Shown here: positions 39,434-47,255 of the stretch, piece after piece
How positions within the stretch are numbered: the first letter of the stretch is position 1
How the letters are laid out: each line of letters opens with the position of its first letter
Assembly (NCBI GenBank): GCA_963817385.1
Contig: CAWFOM010000010.1
Location: 1 to 64,000, forward strand
Origin: an uncultured delta proteobacterium
GTDB taxonomy: Bacteria > Desulfobacterota > Syntrophia > Syntrophales > UBA5619
Direction: 5' to 3'
Length of the DNA stretch: 64,000 nucleotides
Position numbers and translations under genes: made by a program
The notes under the pieces: model-generated
Database searches by the model: none
What the model was told of the DNA's origin: nothing
The model's input: the letters and a program-made list of their open reading frames with translations, nothing else

Positions 39434-40441
39434 ATGAAACGGGTAGGGATTTTTATTATCGTTGGTATCATGGCAGTATGCCTGGCAGTGAACGCAGGTG
39501 CCGCGGAAAAGGTAACGGTTTACACCTCGCTGGAGACTGATGAGACGGTAAAATATCTCGAAGCAGCCAGGAGGGATATGCCGGACCTCGAAATCAACAT
39601 CATCCGCCTGTCCACGGGTGAACTGGGTGCCCGAATGCTCGCGGAAAAAGACAATCCGCAGGCCGATGTGGTCTGGGGGTGGGCGGTTACCGGCATGGAA
39701 GAATTTATTCCCCTGGGCATGTTTGAGCCCTACAAACCCAAAGGCGTCGAAAAACTCGAAAAGCGCTTTGTGCACCCCAAGTATGATTACGTCGGCATCG
39801 ATATGTATATCGCCGCCTTTTGCGTGAATACCAAAGTTTTAAAGGAGAAGGGCTTGCCCATGCCCAAGGGATGGAACGATCTCCTTGACCCGCGATTCAA
39901 GGGTCTCGTTACGATGCCCAATCCGGTGGCCTCCGGGACGGGATTCCTCCAGATCTCCAGTATCCTGCAGATGTACGGTGCGAAAGAAGGCAAGGAGGAC
40001 GGCTGGGAGTTCTTAAAGAAACTCGACAAGAATATCGGCCAGTATATCAAGAGCGGATCGAGACCGGCCAAAATGACCGCCGCCGGTGAATTTGCCGTTG
40101 GCGCCTCGTTCGATTTCGTCGTTGCCGAACAGAAAAAACAGGGCTTCCCTGTCGAATTTGTCTTCCCCGTCGAAGGGGCAGGATATGAGGTCGAGGCTAA
40201 TGCCCTCATCAAAGGAGCAAAAAACCCTCGCGCCGCGAAGAGATTTCTTGACTGGGCCATCACCGATAATGCCATGAAAGAGTACTCACAATTCAAGTAC
40301 GGTGTTACCCTCCCCGGAATCCCCACCCGACCGGATTTGCCCAAGTTATCCGAGATAAAGTTGTATCCCATGGATTTTGGTTGGCAAGCCAAGAACGCTG
40401 AAGCCATAAAGAAAAAATGGGAGAGCCTCTTTTCGAAGTGA
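39434..40441 (+). CDS. ABC substrate-binding protein of the putative 2-aminoethylphosphonate (PhnS2/AepX-like) type
   Basis: Signal peptide; VTVYTS, STG..ARMLAEKDNPQADVVWG, MPNPVASGTGFL, SGSRPAK and FPVEG closely follow my recollection of this family. Confidence 0.75.
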   Translation: MKRVGIFIIVGIMAVCLAVNAGAAEKVTVYTSLETDETVKYLEAARRDMPDLEINIIRLSTGELGARMLAEKDNPQADVVWGWAVTGMEEFIPLGMFEPYKPKGVEKLEKRFVHPKYDYVGIDMYIAAFCVNTKVLKEKGLPMPKGWNDLLDPRFKGLVTMPNPVASGTGFLQISSILQMYGAKEGKEDGWEFLKKLDKNIGQYIKSGSRPAKMTAAGEFAVGASFDFVVAEQKKQGFPVEFVFPVEGAGYEVEANALIKGAKNPRAAKRFLDWAITDNAMKEYSQFKYGVTLPGIPTRPDLPKLSEIKLYPMDFGWQAKNAEAIKKKWESLFSK

Positions 40442-40445
40442 GTTA

Positions 40446-40500
40446 CCGTTTCCGGTCATCCTGCCTCAGGCAGGGTGACCGGAAACGGCACTATTTTTTT
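40446..40500 (+). terminator. Long hairpin after the substrate-binding protein gene (partial terminator or mRNA stabiliser)
   Basis: CCGTTTCCGGTCATCCTGCC-TCA-GGCAGGGTGACCGGAAACGG followed by a T-run. Confidence 0.7.
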
Positions 40501-40546
40501 GTCCATACTCTGTATAGATATCTCAACATCTAAGCGAGGCATACCC

Positions 40547-41632
40547 ATGGGAAGAGAACTCAGGCTGGATAACCTCACGAAATGCTACGGCAACCTGACC
40601 GCTGTGGATCATGTCAATTTGGAGATCCAGGAGGGGGAGTTCATCTGCTTTCTCGGCCCCAGCGGTTGCGGAAAAACCACTGTGCTGAGGATGATCACCG
40701 GGTTTGAGACGGTTACGGAGGGTAGTGTCATCTTCAACAACCGGGTGATCAACGATCTCATTCCCAAGAAGCGGGAATTCGGCATTGTCTTTCAATCCTA
40801 CGCCCTTTTCCCCAACATGACCGTGGAGGAGAATATCGCCTTTGGCCTCAAGATGAGGAAGATGCCGAAGAGGGCCATTGCCGAGAGGGTGGATGTCATG
40901 CTGGATCTTATCGGTCTGTCCGCTTGGCGCAGCCTCTATCCTGCCCAACTAAGCGGCGGACAGCAACAGCGGGTCGCCCTCGTGAGGGCGCTCGCTCCTG
41001 ATCCTCAGGTGCTTCTCCTTGACGAGCCCTTGAGCGCCCTTGATGCCAAAATCCGGCTCAGGCTCAGGGCGGAGATAAAGCGACTTCAGCAGGAATTGAA
41101 AAAGACCATGATCCATGTAACCCACGACCAGGAGGAGGCGCTATCCATCGCCGATCGGGTGGTCGTTATGGAGGGGGGGCGGTTTCGTCAGGTGGGCCGT
41201 CCGATCGACATCTATAAAAACCCGACCTGCAGTTTCGTCGCTGATTTTGTCGGAACCTCCAACTTCTTTAAAGGCAGCCGAAACGGTGATGTCGTTGATA
41301 TCGGCAGGAGGAAAATTCGGGTGATGAAGAACGGCTCTGCGGATAACGAGTCCGTTTCTCTGGCAATCAGGCCGGAAAATGTTGAAGTGTTCAAAAACGA
41401 CTCTCATCCCCAAGTTGCCGAGACCATGAACCTCTTCTCGGGGAGGATTGATGTGGTGGTTTTTCTGGGCGCGGCCGTTCGGCTTCTGATCAGCATGGAT
41501 GGCGAGGAAATCATATCCGATATTAATGAGAAGGAGTTTCGACTGCGGTCTTTGAAGCAGGGAGATGAGGTTCAACTGTATTTTCCTCCCGAAGCATTTC
41601 TGGTATTTCCTGAGGAGGGAGAGAAGAAATGA
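40547..41632 (+). CDS. ABC ATP-binding subunit (PotA/FbpC/PhnT2-like, C-terminal TOBE)
   Basis: GPSGCGKT, VFQSYALFPN, LSGGQQQR and LLDEPLSALDAK. Confidence 0.9.
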   Translation: MGRELRLDNLTKCYGNLTAVDHVNLEIQEGEFICFLGPSGCGKTTVLRMITGFETVTEGSVIFNNRVINDLIPKKREFGIVFQSYALFPNMTVEENIAFGLKMRKMPKRAIAERVDVMLDLIGLSAWRSLYPAQLSGGQQQRVALVRALAPDPQVLLLDEPLSALDAKIRLRLRAEIKRLQQELKKTMIHVTHDQEEALSIADRVVVMEGGRFRQVGRPIDIYKNPTCSFVADFVGTSNFFKGSRNGDVVDIGRRKIRVMKNGSADNESVSLAIRPENVEVFKNDSHPQVAETMNLFSGRIDVVVFLGAAVRLLISMDGEEIISDINEKEFRLRSLKQGDEVQLYFPPEAFLVFPEEGEKK

Positions 41633-43377
41633 ACCCTATCGAACCTTCCGGAAAGAGATTCCCCCCGTGGTTCACTGCCGACAATCTCTTCACCGGCGTA
41701 ATCATGACGCTGCTTTTGGTTATCCTGGTCCTTTTTTTGCTTTATCCGGTGGTGGATATCTGTCGATTGAGTTTTCTCAAGAATGGGGTTTTCACCGTTC
41801 AAAACTATGTGTATTATTTTTCCGAGCCGAGGATATTTCGCTCTTTTTATAACAGCATGTTCGTATCCACCATTACCATGGTGATCACCACGGTGTTGGC
41901 CTTCCTGTTTGCCTATGGTCTTACCCGCACCACCATGCCGGGCAAAGGGTTTTTTTACACGGTATCCACACTTCCCCTCATTGCACCCACCATAATCCAG
42001 GCCCTCGCGCTCATTTTGCTGTTCGGCCGCAATGGAATCATCACCCGATACCTCTTGGGCACGGATTGGAATATCTACGGAGCTACGGGGATCATCGTGG
42101 GAGAGATCCTCTACTGTTTTCCCAATGCCCTGTTTATCCTTTACACCTCACTATCAGCGGTGGACACGCGCCTCGATGAAGCCGCCCAGAGCCTGGGGGC
42201 ATCCTCCCTGAAGACCTTCTGGAGGGTTACCCTGCCCTCCGCGAAATACGGTATCGCCAGTGCTGCGGCCTTGACCTTCAACCTCACCATTACCGATTTC
42301 GGCATCCCGGTGGTGATCGGGGGGGACTATTCGGTCCTGGCGACGGAAATCGTCAACAAGGTCTTCGGATTGCAGCGATTTGACCTGGGAGCAACCATCA
42401 GTGTGATTCTCCTGATCCCCTCCATCACGGCTTTTGCCCTTAACTACTACCTGACACGGAAGAGCTATGCCCTGATCAGCGGTCAGGCCCGCCCTTTTAT
42501 CCAGCCTTCCCGTCCGCTGAAGAAATGGGGATTCACCCTGTACTCGGCCCTCATCTCCTCCTGTATCCTTCTGGTCTTCGTAACGGTGTTTCTCGGCTCG
42601 TTTGTCCGCACCTGGCCTTACGATTTTTCTCTGACCCTGAAACATTTTGACTTCCCCTCCCTGGGGGCGAGCGTTCCCCTGTGGACTGCCTTTTGGAACA
42701 GCGTTTTGGAACCGGGAACCTTCCGCACCATGATTGCCATCAAATATGCCCCCATCTGGACCAGCCTCCTGGTTTCCCTGGTGGTGGCGGTGGCAGGGGC
42801 TTCCATTACGCTTGTAGCCGCCTACATCATCGAGAAGAAGAAACCCCGGGGCGAACAGCTTCTGTACGGCCTGTCCGTGTTGCCGGCGGCCATCCCCGGG
42901 GTGGTGCTGGGTTTGGGATACGTTCTGGCGTTTAACAAACCCTACTTCCTGATCTATGGCACCATATGGATTATTATCATTAATATCGTTATTGCCAATT
43001 TCACCCTGGGGGTTCTCTCCGGAACGGCCAATCTCAAACAAATCGATAAATCCGTCGAGGAGGCTGCGGTCAGTTTAGGCGCCGGACCCGTCACGACGTT
43101 TACGCGGATAGTATTCCCCCTTACCAAAGTGGCTTTTCTTTCCACGGCGACGTTCTTTTTTATGCGGGCGATGACCACCATAAGCGCCGTTTTATTTTTA
43201 GTTTCGGCACAGATCAAACTGGCCGCAATCGAGATCATCTTCCTCGACGTGGATGGACGCACGGCGAGCGCTAATGCCATGTGTACCGTGGTTGTGTTTA
43301 TCGTCGCCCTTTTTCTGGTGATCATGCGGCTTACCACCGGAAAATCGGCGCTTTCGGGGATGAGCACGACAAAGTGA
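41629..43377 (+). CDS. ABC permease with two fused membrane domains (FbpB/PhnU2-like)
   Basis: Two EAA loops (LDEAAQSLGAS, VEEAAVSLGAG), LILLFGRNG, TDFGIPVVIGG and AMTTISAV. Confidence 0.88.
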   Translation: MNPIEPSGKRFPPWFTADNLFTGVIMTLLLVILVLFLLYPVVDICRLSFLKNGVFTVQNYVYYFSEPRIFRSFYNSMFVSTITMVITTVLAFLFAYGLTRTTMPGKGFFYTVSTLPLIAPTIIQALALILLFGRNGIITRYLLGTDWNIYGATGIIVGEILYCFPNALFILYTSLSAVDTRLDEAAQSLGASSLKTFWRVTLPSAKYGIASAAALTFNLTITDFGIPVVIGGDYSVLATEIVNKVFGLQRFDLGATISVILLIPSITAFALNYYLTRKSYALISGQARPFIQPSRPLKKWGFTLYSALISSCILLVFVTVFLGSFVRTWPYDFSLTLKHFDFPSLGASVPLWTAFWNSVLEPGTFRTMIAIKYAPIWTSLLVSLVVAVAGASITLVAAYIIEKKKPRGEQLLYGLSVLPAAIPGVVLGLGYVLAFNKPYFLIYGTIWIIIINIVIANFTLGVLSGTANLKQIDKSVEEAAVSLGAGPVTTFTRIVFPLTKVAFLSTATFFFMRAMTTISAVLFLVSAQIKLAAIEIIFLDVDGRTASANAMCTVVVFIVALFLVIMRLTTGKSALSGMSTTK

Positions 43378-43393
43378 TCGGAGTCTTAAGGAA

Positions 43394-44164
43394 ATGAATA
43401 TCATCGATCCGGATAACCCTATCCCCAAGTATCTGCAGATCAGCGCTTGGATCAAAGACCTCATTCAGTCCGGAAGATATGAAAGGGGCGCAACCCTGCC
43501 GTCGGAGGTGGAACTGGCCCGGATCTGTCAGGTAAACAGGAATACCTTGAGGCAGGCAGTATCGGAATTGACCACTGCGGGGATCCTGCGAAAGGAGCGG
43601 GGCCGCGGAACCTTCGTCTGTGCGGAAACTCCTCGGGCGATCAAACACAAGCTCAAGAGCATCTCCAGCTTCAGTGATGACTTGCGTGAACTCGGCATCA
43701 AGGAAAAGACGCGCATCATCAAGAAGGGTGCTGAAGAGGCGAAGGAGGAAGTTGCCAGGAAGTTGATCATAAGCCCGAATAGCAGGGTCGTGGCCGTCCG
43801 TCGTCTCCGGACAGGCGACCGCGTGCCGTTTATCTATGAGGAGAGCTTCCTTCCCTACTCCGCATTCAAGAATATCCTCGATATGGATCTTACGGGTTCC
43901 ATGTACCAGATCATGAATGAGCGCTTCAATGTTACGCTGGCCAGATCGGATCAGACGATCCGGGCGGTCAATCTCAAAGGCCGGATTGCGTCATATCTCA
44001 ACGTTCCCGAAAACAGCGCTGCATTTTTTATGGAAAGCCTGACCTATGATGACAACAATATTCCGGTGGAGCTCTTGTATTCATATTACCGGGGAGACAA
44101 GTATGTCTTTGCGGTTGAACTGGGCCGTTATCATCTTTCGGAAGGCAATATGCGTGATGACTAA
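43394..44164 (+). CDS. GntR-family regulator, HutC/PhnF subfamily (UTRA domain)
   Basis: PKYLQI, LPSEVELA..VNRNTLRQA, GRGTFV and C-terminal YYRGDKY. Confidence 0.9.
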   Translation: MNIIDPDNPIPKYLQISAWIKDLIQSGRYERGATLPSEVELARICQVNRNTLRQAVSELTTAGILRKERGRGTFVCAETPRAIKHKLKSISSFSDDLRELGIKEKTRIIKKGAEEAKEEVARKLIISPNSRVVAVRRLRTGDRVPFIYEESFLPYSAFKNILDMDLTGSMYQIMNERFNVTLARSDQTIRAVNLKGRIASYLNVPENSAAFFMESLTYDDNNIPVELLYSYYRGDKYVFAVELGRYHLSEGNMRDD

Positions 44165-44186
44165 GCTTGTTTTTTCGCGGATACTT

Positions 44187-44198
44187 ATGTATATACAT
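44187..44198. promoter_or_regulatory. Candidate HutC-type GntR operator
   Basis: Perfect palindrome ATGTATATACAT between gntR and the aminotransferase; matches TGTA-N2-TACA. Confidence 0.55.
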
Positions 44199-44246
44199 CT
44201 AAACAGCAGGAACCGATTCGAATGATAACCATGAAAGGAGCGAGTA

Positions 44247-45341
44247 ATGAAACAGTTAAAAGATTGGTTTGTGCCCTGGTTGTTTACCGCGCGGGAATAT
44301 AATACCGGCATCCTGGACAAGGCCTGGGCGAATCCGGAGTACGGCCGCCTGATGCTCAATGAAAATCCCCTCCCCCCCTCCGAGAAGGTGATCAAGGCGG
44401 TGGCGGATATCCTGGCCAAGGGAAACCGCTACCCGGACAGCATGAAACGGTTGAGAACCAAACTTGCGAATCTTCACGGTCTCGGACCTGACAATATCGG
44501 CCTCTGCAACGGTTCGTCGGAGATCATCGATTCGATGATGCGGATTTTCCTGCAGCCCGGTGACGAGATCATCATGTCTAACCCGACGTTTGGATTGTTC
44601 CCGCCGCGGGCGGAGCTTGTCGGCGGGAAGGTGGTCTCCGTACCGCTGCGGGCCGCCGATCTCCAGTATGACGTCGAGGGGATGCTGAAGGCCATCACGC
44701 CCCGGACAAAACTCATCCTCGTCATCAACCCCAATAACCCCACCGGGATCTTCATCGATGACAAGGATCTGATCCGCTTCTGCGAGACAGGCATTCCCCT
44801 GTGCATCGATGAGGCGTACCTGGATTACCATCCGGAAATCCCCTCCAAGTTCTCCCTGATCAAAAAGTATCCCCAGGTCTTCCTTTCCCACACCTTCTCG
44901 AAGGCCTATGGGTTTGCCGGCATCAGGTTCGGGTACGTCGAGGGGACGGAAGAGATGGTCAAGGCCTTCAACACGATGTTTCTCCCCTGGAACGTGAGCC
45001 TCATGGCGATGGCGGCGGCCGAAGCGATCCTGGATAATCCCGAGGAAGTGGCCCTGAAAGTGGCGCACAACAACCGCTGGATGACAATCTTCACGAAGGA
45101 ACTGGAGAAAGCGGGACTGAAGCCTTTCCCCGCCCACGGCAATTACATGCTCATCGATGCAACCATGACGGGGAAGACCACCGCCGAGATCCTGGCGGCG
45201 GGGCAGGCGATGGAAAAGATCTTCCTGAAGAGTATTGCTCCCATCCACGGCAGGGACGGGTATTTCCGGGTCACCCCCGGTGTGGATGAGGAAAATGAAC
45301 GTTTCGTCCGGTTCATCAGGAACTATTTCGGGAAGAAGTGA
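44247..45341 (+). CDS. HisC/CobD-like PLP-dependent aminotransferase (divergent)
   Basis: LNENP, NRYPD, NGSSEII, NPNNPTG, DEAY and HTFSKAYGFAGIRFGY. Confidence 0.85.
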   Translation: MKQLKDWFVPWLFTAREYNTGILDKAWANPEYGRLMLNENPLPPSEKVIKAVADILAKGNRYPDSMKRLRTKLANLHGLGPDNIGLCNGSSEIIDSMMRIFLQPGDEIIMSNPTFGLFPPRAELVGGKVVSVPLRAADLQYDVEGMLKAITPRTKLILVINPNNPTGIFIDDKDLIRFCETGIPLCIDEAYLDYHPEIPSKFSLIKKYPQVFLSHTFSKAYGFAGIRFGYVEGTEEMVKAFNTMFLPWNVSLMAMAAAEAILDNPEEVALKVAHNNRWMTIFTKELEKAGLKPFPAHGNYMLIDATMTGKTTAEILAAGQAMEKIFLKSIAPIHGRDGYFRVTPGVDEENERFVRFIRNYFGKK

Positions 45342-45415
45342 CGGATAAGGGGCGATGCCCCGGGCATTAACGTTCGGATGCCTTGCAGAAGGATATCTCT
45401 CGGAAGGGTACCGCG

Positions 45416-46187
45416 ATGCGGATCTACTGTCTGTGTAAAGCATGTTCCCGATACGGCAGCCAATATCCGGCTGGTGGGCGGGGCTGACTTTGATGAAACG
45501 GTCAAATTCATCATGAATCCCTATGATGAACACGCCCTCGAACAGGCCCTGCAAATCAAAGACAACAGGGGTGACGTCGAAGTTATCGCGATCAGTGTGG
45601 GCAAGGAAGCAGCCGTGGCGACCCTGCGCTTTGCCCTGGCAATGGGCGCCGACCGGGGAATTCTCGTTAAAACATCGAATTATTTTACCGACAGCCGGGA
45701 GACAGCCCATCTGCTCAAGCAGGCCATTGAGATGGACGGCTCCCCCGACCTTATCCTGACCGGCAAGCAGTCTGTCGACACGGAAGGGATGCAGGTGCCT
45801 TACCATCTCGCGGCCCTTCTCGACATGCCGGTGGTTGTGGGAGTGGTTGCATTTTCCCTGGCAGGCGAGGCGGTCACCGTCGAGCAGGAAGGCGAGGGGG
45901 ACGTCCGCGGGGTCATCGAGATGACAATGCCGTGCGTCGTCGGCGCCGCCAGGGGTCTCAACCGCCCGCGCTGTCCCACCCTGCCCGATATGATGAAAGC
46001 CCGGAAGAAAGAGATCAGGATCATCCGCCGGGATGAGTTCGATGTGCCATGCCCTGCTGGGACAACAGAGCTCCTCTCGCTTCATGCAGTGCCCGAGCGG
46101 GGAAGGGGCGTGATCCTCGAGGACAGCCCGGAAAATATGGTGCAGGATCTTCTGCACCGGCTGAAGGAAGAGGCAAAGATTCTCTAG
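45416..46187 (+). CDS. etfB: Electron transfer flavoprotein beta subunit; apparent +1 frameshift at about 45428
   Basis: ATG 45416 MRIY plus VCVKHVPD after removing one T; NPYDEHALE, ALAMGAD and GKQSVD. Confidence 0.9.
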
Positions 46188-46208
46188 GAGAGAGATAGGT
46201 CAGGGTCA

Positions 46209-47168
46209 ATGGCAAGAATAGGAGTACTCATTGAGGAGAACGACGGCGAGTTTAAAAAAACCAATCTGGGGGTCCTGACTGCGGCGCGGCAGGACCCGGC
46301 GTCCGAAGTTTACGCCTTCGTGTTGAGTGATCACGCCGATGCCCATCGTGAAGTGTTGCAGCGCTACGGCGTAGGAACAATCGTGGCGGTGAAGATGCCG
46401 GGGATCGACCCGGAAACCTGTCCGGAAGCACGATCCCGGGCGCTCAGTTCCGCCATCGATGAATTTCAATTGGACGCCCTCATCGGGGTTTCGAGCGTCA
46501 GCGGAAAAGAAACCCTGGCCCGGGTGGCCTCCCTGAGGGGAGCGCCCCTGGTCCAGGATTGTCTCGAACTGGATCTGGCCTCAGGTGTCGTCAAGAAATC
46601 TCACTTTTCCGGCAGGACCACCGCGACGATAAAGCTTAAACGCCGGCCGTGGATTGTAAGCATCAGACCCAATTGCCTTCCCGAGGCGCCGGCCGGGAAT
46701 ACAGCCGTGATATTGGAATACCGCGCGCCGGTTGAAGATGCCGGACGGCTGGTGATCAGGAAAGCCAAGAGCGGTCATGCGGGCGGCGACGATCTTTCCG
46801 AGGCGGAGATCATCATCTCCGGCGGACGCCCGATCGGATCGGCGGAAAACTTCACCCTGCTCAGAGAATGCGCAGCTCAGCTCAGGGCGTCCGTAGGAGC
46901 CTCTCGGGCCGCCGTGGATGCGGGGTTTGCACCGCATGCCATGCAGGTTGGTCAAACCGGCAGGACGGTCAGTCCGAAACTCTACATCGCCTGCGGGATT
47001 TCCGGATCGGTGCAGCATTTTGCCGGCATGAAAACTGCGAAGATCATCGTGGCCATAAACAACGATCGTGATGCGCCGATCCTCGGCAAGTGCGATTACG
47101 GGCTTGTCGGCGATCTGTTCGAGGTTGTACCGGCGCTGACGAAAGCCCTGCAATCAACCCACGAGTAA
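46209..47168 (+). CDS. etfA: Electron transfer flavoprotein alpha subunit
   Basis: [35 protein letters not shown] and [10 protein letters not shown]. Confidence 0.95.
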   Translation: MARIGVLIEENDGEFKKTNLGVLTAARQDPASEVYAFVLSDHADAHREVLQRYGVGTIVAVKMPGIDPETCPEARSRALSSAIDEFQLDALIGVSSVSGKETLARVASLRGAPLVQDCLELDLASGVVKKSHFSGRTTATIKLKRRPWIVSIRPNCLPEAPAGNTAVILEYRAPVEDAGRLVIRKAKSGHAGGDDLSEAEIIISGGRPIGSAENFTLLRECAAQLRASVGASRAAVDAGFAPHAMQVGQTGRTVSPKLYIACGISGSVQHFAGMKTAKIIVAINNDRDAPILGKCDYGLVGDLFEVVPALTKALQSTHE

Positions 47169-47255
47169 ACGGTTTCCCCTGCAGAATGGGGGTTGGATTC
47201 GCCGATAATTCAGGCGGCCCGGAGATTATCCACAAAAATAGAAAGGAGACGGACA

